64,000 nucleotides of DNA from an uncultured Spirochaetota bacterium (GCA_963745235.1 CAVUXE010000029.1:96001-160000), one strand, 5' to 3'; shown: positions 52,938 to 63,253, numbered from the stretch's first letter. Program-made: numbers and translations. Notes: a model not told the origin generated them from the sequence alone.

Positions 52938-55241
52938 GCGAGAACTTTCTCCCGCGCACCCTCAGCCCGATCAAGGGCTACCGTCTCTTCCGGAAGATCG
53001 CGCGGTTCCCCGAGCTGCTCCCGCAGATGCGGAACACGTTCCTGGAAGTGCTGCTGGAGCGCGGGATCACCACGCCGGAGCAGCTCGCCGCCCTGGCGGC
53101 CCGGCAGATGCGCGCCGACGGCGTGGAGGACACGGAGGCCAACCGGGCCGAGTACACGGATGCGCTGATCGACCTGCTGTTCGCCAACAACCTGAGCCCG
53201 GAGGAGGTGGAGAACTAGGTCAACCTGGTGCGCAAGCGGGACAGGTGCCAGGAGCTGGGCCGGGTGGTGGCGAGCGACCATGCCAGCGCGCTCACCATCT
53301 GGCGGGCCCTGCGCGAGTTCTGCGACATCCCCAAGGGGGAGCTGTACATCTCCCGCGAGGAGGCGGAGGGCATCCGGGTCTCCCTGCTCTCCTACTACAT
53401 CTCCAGCCAGCTCCCGTTCATCGGCATCGCCAAGAACCACGTCACCATCCGGGACATCGACACCGTGCTGGGCAACACCATCGGCCACGTCACCTACCCG
53501 GGGAAGCTGGGGGGCAAGGCGGCGGGCATGATCGTGGCCCAGAAGATCCTCCTTCCCATCCTCAGCGAGCGTGACCCGGAGTTCGAGAAGTACATCGCGG
53601 TGCCGGACACGTGGTACATCAGCTCCGGCGTATTTTCGGATTTCATCGACAGGAACCATTTCTACGTTTTCCACACCCACAAGTACCGCGACCGCGAGGC
53701 CATCGACGAGGAGTACCAGCGCGTCGGGGGGCTGTTCGAGAAGGCCGACTTCTCCCCGGACGTCGTGGAGGAGTTCCGCGGCCTGATCCGCCAGATCGGG
53801 GAGCACCCCATCATCGTGCGCTCCTCCAGCTACCTGGAGGACAGCTTCGGCCTCGCCTTCTCGGGGAAATACCAGTCCATCTTCCTCGCCAACCAGGGCG
53901 AGCGAGGAGGCGCGCCTGGCCGCGTTCATCCGCGGCGTGAAGACGGTCCTTGCCAGCATGTACGGCCCGGACCCCATCATCTACCGCCGGGACCACGGCC
54001 TCCTGGACTACAACGAGCGCATGGCCATGATCGTGCAGAAGGTCGTGGGCCGCAGGTTCGGCGACTGGTTCTTTCCCCTGGCGGCCGGGCGTCATGTACT
54101 CGTCCAACTCCTGGGCGTGGAACCCGAAGATCAGGAAGCGCGACGGCCTGGTGCGCCTGGTCTTCGGGCTGGGAACGCGCGCGGTGGACAGGGTGGGCGG
54201 GGACTACCCGCGCATGATCCCGCTGAGCCATCCCTGCTTCGGCCCGAGGTCACCGCGGACCAGATCCACAAGTACTCCCAGAAGATGGTGGACGCCATCA
54301 ACCTGCGCACGGGCACTCTGGAGACGGTGGACTTCCGCACCCTGGCCGCGGAGACGCGGCCACCCGGACCTGTTCCTGGCCGTCTCCGTGAACGCGGACG
54401 GGGAGATGCGCGCCCCCCTGTTCCGGACGCAGGAGCTGCCGCCCGCCTCGCTGTGCCTCACGTTCGAGAACTTCCTTTCGAAGTCCGCCGTTCGTGCCCC
54501 TGGTGAAGAAGGTGCTCGCCACGGTGCAGGCCGCCTACGGGAGGCCCGTGGACATGGAGTTCGCCTGGGACGAGGAAAAGCTCTACATCCTCCAGTGCCG
54601 CTCCCTTTCGCTGCGGCGGGAGATGGAGCGCGTGGTGATCCCCGGCGGCGTCCCGGAGGAGGACAAGCTGTTCGTCTCGACCCAGGGAGCTCTCCAACGC
54701 TGTGGTGACGAACATCGAGTACGTCGTGTACGTGGATCCCCGCGCCTACGACCGCTCTGGACACGTGGAGAAGAAGCACAGGGTCGGGTGGGCGGTGGGG
54801 CAGCTCAACTAGCGGCTGGCGGGCAAACGCTACGCGCTCCTGGGCCCCGGGCGCTGGGGGAGCAACGACATCAACCTCGGCGTGCGGGTCACCTATTCCG
54901 ACATCAACAACACGCGGCTCCTGGTGGAGATCGCGTTTGCCCGGGACGGCTATACGCCGGAGGTCTCCTACGGCACGCACTTCTTCCAGGACCTCGTGGA
55001 GGCGGACATCGCCATGATGCCCCTGTATCCGGACGCGCCGGGGTGCATGCTGGGGGAAGGGTTCCTCCTGGGAGCGGAGAACTCTCTTTCCAACCTGGTC
55101 GAGTCTCTTCGAGATCTCGGAGACGTCATGCGCGTCATCCACGTCCCTTCCGCCCGGGAAGGGAAGATGCTTCACGTCTACCTGGACGAGGAAAAGCAGG
55201 AAGGGATCGGCATCTTCGGGCCGCTCATCGAGGCCGGCTGA
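52934..55241 (+). CDS. PEP/pyruvate-binding (PPDK_N, ATP-grasp) domain protein; frameshifts and two in-frame TAG codons
   Basis: [20 protein letters not shown]...[46 protein letters not shown]. Confidence 0.82.
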
Positions 55242-55864
55242 AGATTGCCACCTGCCAGAGACCCGGTGAGGAAGCGCCTCTCGAGCGTCAGTCCGCGGGA
55301 CCCCACAAAAGCCTCCACCCTTTCCCTTCGATGCACGTAGGTCTTGAAGTCTTCCATCCCGACCCAGAGATTGAATGCCCAGTTGATGACCCGGGAGACC
55401 CACATGTCGCTCGGATAGACGAGGCCCAGGGTCCTGCGCGCTTTCTCCGCCGACAGCGTGAGGAGGGACTCCGCATCGGGGTAGCAGCAGACAACCTTGT
55501 CCAGCACGACAAAGTCCGCGGGGGCGATCTCGGGGGCAAGGTCCACCAGGTCTCCGTGAAGATGCTTCACACGATCACGCACGCCGCGGCGGGCGGCTTC
55601 TCTTTCAGCCGCCTTCAGGAAAGCCCGGGATGCATCCACATCCGTTGCTGAGCTTGCTCCCGCGGCCAGAAGCGCCAGGTGCGCGGCGCCCACGCCGCCG
55701 CCGACGTCCAGGACGGTGCTCCCGGTCACTCCTTCACGGATGAGCTCACGGACGAGCCGGCGGGTCGTCATGCGAGGCCCGCGTTTTCGATAGCGCTTCA
55801 GCTCGTCTTTGGCGTGTTCGGCGTCGAACATTTCCTCGATTCCGGCGCACTGTTTGCAGCTCAT
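55178..55864 (-). CDS. class I SAM-dependent methyltransferase
   Basis: VLDVGGGVG, VDAS, GD, LDKVVCCYPD. Confidence 0.82.
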   Translation of the reverse strand: MSCKQCAGIEEMFDAEHAKDELKRYRKRGPRMTTRRLVRELIREGVTGSTVLDVGGGVGAAHLALLAAGASSATDVDASRAFLKAAEREAARRGVRDRVKHLHGDLVDLAPEIAPADFVVLDKVVCCYPDAESLLTLSAEKARRTLGLVYPSDMWVSRVINWAFNLWVGMEDFKTYVHRRERVEAFVGSRGLTLERRFLTGSLAGGNLQPASMSGPKMPIPSCFSSSR

Positions 55865-55923
55865 CTTGCGTTAGAATATGACTTCCAGTAGGATGCCGTG
55901 TCAAACGGTGCTCGCGGGGAGGG

Positions 55924-57229
55924 GTGCATATTTCGACTCAGCAGTGGATTGCACTTGGTATTTTCGTCCTTTCGTATGCTCTGATCATTTCAGAAAAAGT
56001 AGACCGCACAATCGTCTCCATCCTTGGAGCGGTCCTTGCGTTCATTCTTGTCCTCGGCCCCAGCCAGGCTCTCCAGTACGAGAACTGGGAGACCATCATC
56101 TTCGTCTTCGGAATGATGATTATCGTGGAGGCGCTGAGCCTCTCGGGTTTCTTCCGCTGGCTCGGCCTCCATGGCGCGCGCTGGGTGAAGCTGGACCCCG
56201 TGCTGCTCTTCATCCTGCTGCCGCTGCTGACCGGGTTCCTTTCCGCCTTCATGGGCAGCATCGCGGTCATGCTTTTCATGTGCACGTTGACCCTTGAGCT
56301 GGGGGAGATCATCGGGATCAATCCGCTTCCGCTCATTCTCTCCGAGATAGCGGCGTCAAACATCGGCGGGGCCTCCACCATGGTGGGTGACCCGCCCAAC
56401 GTCATCCTGGGCACCTATTTCCAGCTCTCCTTCCTCGACTTTCTCAGGAACACCGGGCTGATTGCCCTCATCGGGTTCGTGGTCAACACCGCCTTCTTCA
56501 TCTGGTTCTACCGGCGGGACATCTTCGCGCCGCGCAGGCGGCTCAGGGAAGATCCGCAGAGGCTGCAGCGGCAGGTTGACTCCCTGGAGCCCAGGAGGGC
56601 GGTCCGCGACCAGCGCCTCTTCGCGGTGGGCCTTGTGGCAATGCTGTATGTCACGGTGGCTCTGCTCACCAACGGCGTGACGCACCTGTCGGTGGGCATG
56701 ATCGCCATGACGGGGGCGCTGGGTGCGCTGCTGCTGGGCGGCAGGGAAATGGGGAAGGTGGTTCAGAAGCTGGACTACTCCACGCTTGTCTTCTTCGCCG
56801 GGCTGTTCATCATTGTGGGCGCGGTTGAGCACGCGGGTCTGCTCACCATCGTGGCGAACGGGGTGAGAGAGCTGTCAGGGGGAAGCTTTTTCATTGCGTT
56901 GTCCATCGTCCTGTGGGTGAGCGCGTTCGGCTCCTCCATCGTGGACAACGTCCCTTTCGCCGCGACGATGGCGCCGCTGCTCAGGCACCTGGGCGGGGCG
57001 CCCGGGTTTCTCGATTGCCCCCCTGGTCTGGTCCGCGTCGCTGGGGACGGACATCGGGGGAAATGGGACCCCGATTGGCGCCTCGGCGAACGTCGTTGCG
57101 GTTGCGACGTACGAGCGCACCACGGGAAAGAAAATCGGCTGGGGCTACTACTGCAAGTCTTCCTACCCGGCCATGATGCTGGTCGTTCTTGTCTGCAACC
57201 TGCTCATCTACTTATTTCATATCCGTTGA
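55924..57229 (+). CDS. ArsB/NhaD/SLC13-family ion transporter (frameshift near 57010)
   Basis: SNIGG..T.VGDPPN, FF.GLF, SS.VDNVP, GGNGT.IGASAN. Confidence 0.85.
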
Positions 57230-57242
57230 AAAGTATCCGTTG

Positions 57243-57276
57243 AAAAAAGAATGCCGGCCCCGGTGGCCGGCATTCT
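57243..57276. terminator. intrinsic terminator between convergent genes
   Basis: AGAATGCCGGCC-CCGGT-GGCCGGCATTCT with an A6 tract (U-tract on the minus strand). Confidence 0.8.
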
Positions 57277-57293
57277 GAAGTCCTCAAACAGCG

Positions 57294-58844
57294 CTACTTC
57301 CTGTCCGGCATCGACATCATGCCGTCCCAGGTGCTCACCTTTCCTTCCCGCGCTTCCTCCTCGGACCACCAGTGCGACGTGACGCTCTTCAGCTCCGTGT
57401 AGAACCGCACGGCGTCCGTCCCCATTGCATGCAGGTCCCCGAAGAAGGAGTTCTTGTGCCCGGTGAAGCCGATCATGCCGAGCGGCACCGGGATCCCGAC
57501 GTTGATTCCCACCATTCCGCCATGGGTGCGGCGGGAGAACTCGCGGGCATAGTAGCCGTTCTGCGTGTAGATCACCGAGCCGTTGGCGAACTCGTTCTTG
57601 TTCATCAGGGCAAGGCCTTCCTCGAAGTCCTTCACCCTCTTGATGCAGAGCACCGGGCCGAATATCTCCCGATCCCCGATGGTCATTCCCGGCTTCACGT
57701 GGTCGAAGAGGGTCGGCCCCAGGTAGAAGCCCTTCTCGTAGCCCTTCACGCAATGATTGCGTCCGTCCAGCACGAGCTTCGCGCCCTCTTCAACGCCCTT
57801 CTGGATCCAGTTGATGACCGACTGGCGATGGTCCGCGTTCACCAGGGGCCCGAGCTGGCTGGTCTTGTCGTACGCGGGTCCGACCTTCAGCTCCTTCATG
57901 ACTTTGACCAGCGCCTCGACGAGCTTGTCGGCAATGGCCTCCTCCACCACTGCAACCGGCAGCGCCATGCACCTTTCACCCGCGCATCCGCACGCGGAGT
58001 TCACGATGCCCCGCGCCGTCCGCTCCAGGGGAGCGTCCCGCAGAACGAGGGCGTGGTTCTTTGCCTCCGTGAGGGCCTGCACGCGCTTCCCGTTGGCTGC
58101 GGCGGTGGCGTAGATGTGCCTGCCGATGGAGGTCGAGCCGACGAACGTGACGCCCTTGATGTCGGGGTGACGGAGGAGGATCTCCGCCTCATTGCGGGAG
58201 CAGGTCACGAGGTTGATGACGCCCTTGGGAAGCCCCGCCTCCTCCCACAGCTCCATGATCCTGACCGCGGACTGCGGCACGAAGCTTGCGAGCTTCAGGA
58301 CAAGCGTATTGCCGGTGGCGATGCACAACGGGGCAACCCATCCCATGGGAAGCATGGCCGGGAAGTTCCAGGGCACGATTCCCGCAAATACGCCCAGGGG
58401 CTCCATGTACTGCACCGTGTCGTGGCCCGAGGTGATGTTCATGATTGCCGGGCCCTTCATGAGGTGGGGGATGCCGCAGGCGAACTCCACCAGCTCCGTC
58501 ACCTTGACCGCGTCACCCACCGCTTCATCGATGACCTTCCCGTGCTCTTTTGCAACGAGCAATGTGAGCTCGTCGAGGTGCTTGTCCAGGAGGCCTTTCA
58601 TGCGGAAGAGGACCTGGACCCGCTTGCTGGCCGGAGTATCGGCCCATGCCGGAAAAGCGGCAGAGGCCGCCGCAATGGCTTCCTCCACTTCAGACGGCGT
58701 GCACTGGGGCGCCTGTGCGATCACCTCGCCGGTCGACGGGTCGTAGCAATCCATGTACTTGGAGCTCTTGGACTCCTTCCAACCTCCGGCGTAATAACGC
58801 AGCTTCCTGACAGCCTGCTTTTGAACAGTCTGGGTCTGAGGCAT
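57294..58844 (-). CDS. mmsA: CoA-acylating methylmalonate/malonate-semialdehyde dehydrogenase
   Basis: PWNFPAM, FVGST, AKNH, GCAGERCMA, EIFGPVL, GMVGINVGIPVP. Confidence 0.92.
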   Translation of the reverse strand: MPQTQTVQKQAVRKLRYYAGGWKESKSSKYMDCYDPSTGEVIAQAPQCTPSEVEEAIAAASAAFPAWADTPASKRVQVLFRMKGLLDKHLDELTLLVAKEHGKVIDEAVGDAVKVTELVEFACGIPHLMKGPAIMNITSGHDTVQYMEPLGVFAGIVPWNFPAMLPMGWVAPLCIATGNTLVLKLASFVPQSAVRIMELWEEAGLPKGVINLVTCSRNEAEILLRHPDIKGVTFVGSTSIGRHIYATAAANGKRVQALTEAKNHALVLRDAPLERTARGIVNSACGCAGERCMALPVAVVEEAIADKLVEALVKVMKELKVGPAYDKTSQLGPLVNADHRQSVINWIQKGVEEGAKLVLDGRNHCVKGYEKGFYLGPTLFDHVKPGMTIGDREIFGPVLCIKRVKDFEEGLALMNKNEFANGSVIYTQNGYYAREFSRRTHGGMVGINVGIPVPLGMIGFTGHKNSFFGDLHAMGTDAVRFYTELKSVTSHWWSEEEAREGKVSTWDGMMSMPDRK

Positions 58845-58978
58845 ATGGCTCTCCTTGTTTCGCTTGATGATCAGCGGGATTGCAGCATGATACCACCTGC
58901 GGCATGAGCCGTCAACGAGAATATGCGGCGGGCTCTCCGTGTCTCTCCCGCATCTTTATGAATTTCTTGAGAATTTTC

Positions 58979-59007
58979 TTGCTTTTTGAGGGGGCCCATT
59001 TTATAGT
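58979..59007 (+). promoter_or_regulatory. sigma70 promoter of the NCS1 gene
   Basis: TTGCTT-17 bp-TATAGT. Confidence 0.6.
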
Positions 59008-59022
59008 GAGCTACTTCGCTCT

Positions 59023-59102
59023 GTTGGTCTGCCAGTCAGAGGAGCGAGCTCCCATGGACTACCTGACTGGGGACAGGGTGTCACCAGCCGGAGAATAATT
59101 CC
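59023..59102 (+). ncRNA. candidate structured cis-regulatory leader RNA (copy 1)
   Basis: CCAGTCAG/CTGACTGG stem enclosing GGAG-CGAG-CTCC; sequence blocks shared with the preT leader. Confidence 0.4.
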
Positions 59103-59130
59103 AAGCCACTAAGAAACAAAGGAGGTTTCC

Positions 59131-60609
59131 ATGGCGGAACAGATGTATGAGCTGCAGCGGGATGTCTCGCAGAACCACCGGCTCTACAACAAGGACCTGG
59201 CGCCCATTGAGATCAAGCGGCGCAAGTGGGGCACCTACAACTTCGCTGCGCTCTGGATCGGTATGGCGCACTGTGTCCCTACGTATCTGCTGGCAGGAGG
59301 GCTGATCGCCCTGGGCATGGACTGGAAACAGGCCCTGTTCACCATCACCCTGGGCAACTTGATCGTCCTGGTCCCGATGCTCCTGAATGCACACCCCGGC
59401 ACGAAATACGGGATTCCCTTTCCCGTCTTTGCCCGCGCCTCGTTCGGGGTTTTCGGGGCGAACATCCCCGCCCTCCTGCGCGCCATCGTGGCCTGCGGAT
59501 GGTTCGGGATCAACACCTATATCGGCTCGCTTGCAATCGACATCTTTCTTGGCAAGCTGATACCGGGATGGAGCGCCATCGGAGGCGCAACGACATTCGC
59601 CTTCGGAATGACGGTGCATGGGGCCATCGCGTTCATGATCTTCTGGATCTTCCAGATCTACATCATTCTCCGCGGCATGGATGCGGTGCGCGTATTCGAG
59701 AACTGGGCGGCACCTTTCGTCATCATCCTCGGCCTTGCCCTGGTAATCTGGATGATCACCGCCGCCAAGGGCTTCGGTCCCCTTCTTTCGCAGCCCAGCA
59801 AGTTCCACAGCTTTGGCGACTATTTCAAGGTATTCATTCCCGCCCTGACCGGCATGGTCGGGTTCTGGGCAACCCTGTCTCTGAACATCCCGGACTTCAC
59901 CCGGTTCGGAAGAGGCCAGAAAGAGCAGATGATCGGGCAGGCCATCGGCCTTCCCCCGACCATGCTGGTCTTCTCCGCGTTTGGCGTCATCATCACATCC
60001 GCATCAGCCATCGTGTTCGGTGAGGCCATCTGGGACCCGGCTGTGCTCCTGGGCAAGTTCAGCAACCCCATCACCCTGGTCCTGGCGCTGGTCGGTCTGG
60101 TAGTTGCCTCCTTGTCGGTGAACATTGCCGCCAACACCGTCTCCCCGGCGAACGACTTCTCGAACACCATCCCCAAGCTCATCAGCTTCAGGACGGGCGG
60201 AGTCATCACGGGGATAATCGGCATCCTGATCATGCCCTGGAGGCTTCTTGCTGATCCCAGCGGATACATCTTCGGCTGGCTGGGAACGTACTCGGGCTTC
60301 CTCGGACCCATCGCGGGGGTCCTGATCGCCGACTACTGGGTCATCAGGAGGACAAGGCTCAACCTGGATGATCTGTACACGGAAAAGGGAGAGTATGCTT
60401 TCTCGCGGGGCTTCAATATCAGGGCAATCATTTCCCTTGTCGTCGGCGTGATTGTTGCTCTGATCGGTCTCGTGGTGCACCCGCTCAGGTTCCTCTTTGA
60501 CTACGCGTGGTTCGTCGGCTTCGCGGCCGCGTTCCTGACTCACTGGGCCCTGATGTCAGGGCAGGTTGCGGCGCCGGCTCGGCGGACCCCGGCAGCAAAG
60601 CCTGCCTGA
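59131..60609 (+). CDS. NCS1 nucleobase/hydantoin:cation symporter
   Basis: LWIGM, YGIPFPV..RASFG, GWFGI, WATLSLNIPDFTR, N.AAN.VSP, DYW. Confidence 0.95.
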   Translation: MAEQMYELQRDVSQNHRLYNKDLAPIEIKRRKWGTYNFAALWIGMAHCVPTYLLAGGLIALGMDWKQALFTITLGNLIVLVPMLLNAHPGTKYGIPFPVFARASFGVFGANIPALLRAIVACGWFGINTYIGSLAIDIFLGKLIPGWSAIGGATTFAFGMTVHGAIAFMIFWIFQIYIILRGMDAVRVFENWAAPFVIILGLALVIWMITAAKGFGPLLSQPSKFHSFGDYFKVFIPALTGMVGFWATLSLNIPDFTRFGRGQKEQMIGQAIGLPPTMLVFSAFGVIITSASAIVFGEAIWDPAVLLGKFSNPITLVLALVGLVVASLSVNIAANTVSPANDFSNTIPKLISFRTGGVITGIIGILIMPWRLLADPSGYIFGWLGTYSGFLGPIAGVLIADYWVIRRTRLNLDDLYTEKGEYAFSRGFNIRAIISLVVGVIVALIGLVVHPLRFLFDYAWFVGFAAAFLTHWALMSGQVAAPARRTPAAKPA

Positions 60610-60631
60610 TTCCGGGAGCCACCAGGCTCAC

Positions 60632-60668
60632 AAAAAAGAGCGCCGGGTCACCCCGGCGCTTTTTGTTT
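60632..60668. terminator. bidirectional intrinsic terminator
   Basis: A6-GAGCGCCGGG-TCAC-CCCGGCGCT-TTTTGTTT. Confidence 0.85.
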
Positions 60669-60764
60669 ACGCGGTCCGTGGCCTCAATGTCCCTGGCGCG
60701 CTCGGAGCCCCTGGACTCGGCGCGGCTCCGCCATCCCTCGCGCGCCCTCCGGGCGTGCTATGGG

Positions 60765-61634
60765 CTAGGGCAGCTGCTCGCCGATCTCGGCATACAGCTC
60801 GGGCCGCCTGTCCCTGAAGAACTGCCAGCCGTCGCGGACCTCGCGGATCTGCTCGAGGTCCAGGTCTGCAACCACGACCTCGTCCTTGTCCTCCGAGCCC
60901 TTGACCAGGATCTTTCCGCGCGGATCCACGAAGTAGCTCGATCCGTAGAACTTGCCGAACTCCCAGGGCTTCTCCAGGCCGACGCGGTTGTTTGCGCCGA
61001 TGAACACGCCGTTGGCCACCGCCTGGGCGGGCTGCTCGAGCTCCCACAGGTACTTGGATTTGCCTTCCGTTGTCGCCGACGGGTTGAAGAGGATCTCCGC
61101 GCCCTTGAGGGCCAGGATCCTGGCGCACTCGGGGAAATGGCGGTCGTAGCATATGTAGATCCCCACCTTCGCATACGCGGTCTGGAACACGGGGAAGGGA
61201 AGGGTGCCGGGCTTGAAGTAGAACTTTTCCCAGAAACCGGGGTAGGTGTGCGGGATGTGCACCTTCCTCATCTTGCCAAGGTATTTTCCGTCAGCGTCGA
61301 GAACCGCGGCGCAGTTGTAGTACACGCCCTCCTGCTCCATCTCGTAGATCGGGAGCACGAGCACCATGCGGAACTTTTTCGCGAGAGGGGCCATCCTTTC
61401 CGTGATAGGGCCAGGCACGGGCTCGGCTGTCCGATACCACTTGATATCCTGTTCTGCGGCGAAATACGGGCCGTGAAACAGCTCCTGCAGGCAGAGGATC
61501 TGGACTCCCTTCTTTCCCGCATCCTCGACGAGGCCGACGTGCTTCTGGATCATTGCCTCCTTGATTTCCTGGAGGGAACCCTCGTGTCGGGGGGTGGAGG
61601 CCTGGATGAGTCCGCAGCGAATGACTCGGGGCAT
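60765..61634 (-). CDS. nitrilase-family beta-ureidopropionase (N-carbamoyl-beta-alanine amidohydrolase)
   Basis: LQELF, RKVHIP, EKFYF, ICYDRHFPE triad; lies in the pyrimidine cluster. Confidence 0.85.
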   Translation of the reverse strand: MPRVIRCGLIQASTPRHEGSLQEIKEAMIQKHVGLVEDAGKKGVQILCLQELFHGPYFAAEQDIKWYRTAEPVPGPITERMAPLAKKFRMVLVLPIYEMEQEGVYYNCAAVLDADGKYLGKMRKVHIPHTYPGFWEKFYFKPGTLPFPVFQTAYAKVGIYICYDRHFPECARILALKGAEILFNPSATTEGKSKYLWELEQPAQAVANGVFIGANNRVGLEKPWEFGKFYGSSYFVDPRGKILVKGSEDKDEVVVADLDLEQIREVRDGWQFFRDRRPELYAEIGEQLP

Positions 61635-61666
61635 GGGTAACTCCTTTTGGTAGATCTTGGTGGCTC

Positions 61667-61733
61667 ATTATAGAATGAATGAATTCCATTCGGCAACATT
61701 TTTATTTACAACCGGCCTTCGACGTCGTATACT
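61667..61733. promoter_or_regulatory. back-to-back sigma70 promoters
   Basis: Minus strand TTGCCG-18-TATAAT (61696-61667); plus strand TTTACA-17-TATACT (61705-61733). Confidence 0.6.
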
Positions 61734-61737
61734 GGGG

Positions 61738-61830
61738 CGGTCCCGCAGGGGATTCGGCATGATGTATCGGCTCCGTGTGGCGTGCGCAACACGGGGTCCC
61801 ACGGCCCTGCGACGGACCGGAAATAAATCC
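61738..61830 (+). ncRNA. candidate structured cis-regulatory leader RNA (copy 2)
   Basis: CGGTCC-CGCAGGG / CCCTGCG-AC-GGACCG stem; inner CTCCGTGT/ACACGGGG stem; sequence blocks shared with the NCS1 leader. Confidence 0.4.
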
Positions 61831-61925
61831 TTTCTCCGAAGCGCATTGATCCACAGCTTGCCCGTGCGCAGGAACTCTTTCCGCCCGGCAGGCGATGAGA
61901 TTCTTCTTTTCAAGGAGGCTCCACC

Positions 61926-63242
61926 GTGAGCTACGCCGAGCGCTTCAAAGTGATGGAGAAGGGCCTGGATCTGGCCCAGGCCATGGCGGAGGCCGACCGC
62001 TGTCTTCTCTGCCATGATCCCCCCTGCTCCCAGGGATGTCCCGCGGAGACAGACCCCGGCACTTTCATCAGAAAGCTGCGCCTTCGCAACGTAACGGGCG
62101 CCATCCGCACGGTGAAGGAGAACAACCCGCTGGGCGGCGCATGCGCGGTGTTGTGCCCCACGCCCCGGCTGTGCGAAAAGGCATGCAGCGCCACGGGCAT
62201 TTCCCGCCCCGTTGACATTGGAAAGATCCAGAGGGCGTTGATCGAGCATTCCTGGAAAACCGGTGCACCGGCCCTCCAGAAGGCGGCTGCGCGCCCTGAA
62301 AAAGTTGCCGTTGTCGGTTCCGGGCCGGCGGGACTCTCCTGCGCCGCCGAGCTGGCACGGCACGGATTTGCCGTCACCGTCTTCGAGGAGCGCGCGGAGC
62401 CGGGAGGCGTCATCCGCTACGGAGTTCCCGCCTACCGGTTCGACGCGGACTTCCTGAAGCATGAGCTTGCAGATATCGAGTCGCTGGGCGTGAAGTTCGT
62501 TTGCGGCACGCGCGTGGACGGGGCCAGGGGCGCGGAGAAGCTGCTCTCCCAGGGATACCAGGCCGTGTTTCTTGCGCCCGGCCTCTGGGGTGCGGAGAGG
62601 ATTCCCGGAGGAGACGCAACGAAAGGCGTGTATTCCTCCGTGGAGTTTCTGGCCGCTCTTCGCGAAGGCCGCATTGCCGAGATGGCCGGCCAGATCGAAG
62701 GCAGGCAAGTGGCCGTGATCGGCGGTGGAAGCGTTGCAATGGACTGCGTCCAGTGTGCCCTCAAGCTGGGGGCGCAGGATGCGTTCCTGGTCTATCGCAG
62801 GTCTTTCTCCCAGATGCCGGCTGAGGAGGATGAGCGGCTGGCCGCTCTTCGACTGGGCGCTCATTTCCTGGCGTTGAACCAGCCCGTCAAATACCGGGTG
62901 GACGCGAAGGGAATGCTCACAGGCATTACACTCGCCCGCACGCGCCTGGGCCAGGAGGATTCCTCCGGCCGGCGCGCTCCCACCGAGATCCCCGGATCCG
63001 AGTGGGTCCTGGAAGCCCAGATCGCAATAGAGGCCATCGGCAACAGGACGGATTCCGCGGACTGGTCGGGGGCCATCAAGGTGGACCGCACAGGCCTCAT
63101 CCTTGCGGACTCCAGGACGCGCAAGACATCGGCAAAGACGATCTTTGCCGGCGGCGACATTGTTCGGGGGGCGGGTCTCGTTGTGGAGGCCGTGCAGGAT
63201 GGGAAGCTTGCGGCCCGCGCAATCCGGGAAGCTCTGAGCTGA
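61926..63242 (+). CDS. preT: dihydropyrimidine dehydrogenase subunit PreT (GltD-like)
   Basis: EADRCLLCHDPPC..GCP, C..LCP...LCE.AC, GSGPAG, GGG..A.D, AGGD. Confidence 0.88.
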   Translation: MSYAERFKVMEKGLDLAQAMAEADRCLLCHDPPCSQGCPAETDPGTFIRKLRLRNVTGAIRTVKENNPLGGACAVLCPTPRLCEKACSATGISRPVDIGKIQRALIEHSWKTGAPALQKAAARPEKVAVVGSGPAGLSCAAELARHGFAVTVFEERAEPGGVIRYGVPAYRFDADFLKHELADIESLGVKFVCGTRVDGARGAEKLLSQGYQAVFLAPGLWGAERIPGGDATKGVYSSVEFLAALREGRIAEMAGQIEGRQVAVIGGGSVAMDCVQCALKLGAQDAFLVYRRSFSQMPAEEDERLAALRLGAHFLALNQPVKYRVDAKGMLTGITLARTRLGQEDSSGRRAPTEIPGSEWVLEAQIAIEAIGNRTDSADWSGAIKVDRTGLILADSRTRKTSAKTIFAGGDIVRGAGLVVEAVQDGKLAARAIREALS

Positions 63243-63253
63243 GGGGAGATGCC

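Noticed and set aside
53216-54812. Genome-wide TAG recoding
   Set aside because: TAG terminates several intact genes here (for example at 1086, 8988, 12041, 44221)
57220-57246. 13-bp direct repeat TATCCGTTGAAAA as an att site or TSD
   Set aside because: Adjacent tandem copies at a gene end with nothing inserted between them; likely local slippage
59023-59102. Known riboswitch (TPP, purine, SAH, ykkC) or PyrR site upstream of NCS1
   Set aside because: Diagnostic consensus blocks of these families are not present by eye; kept only as a novel candidate
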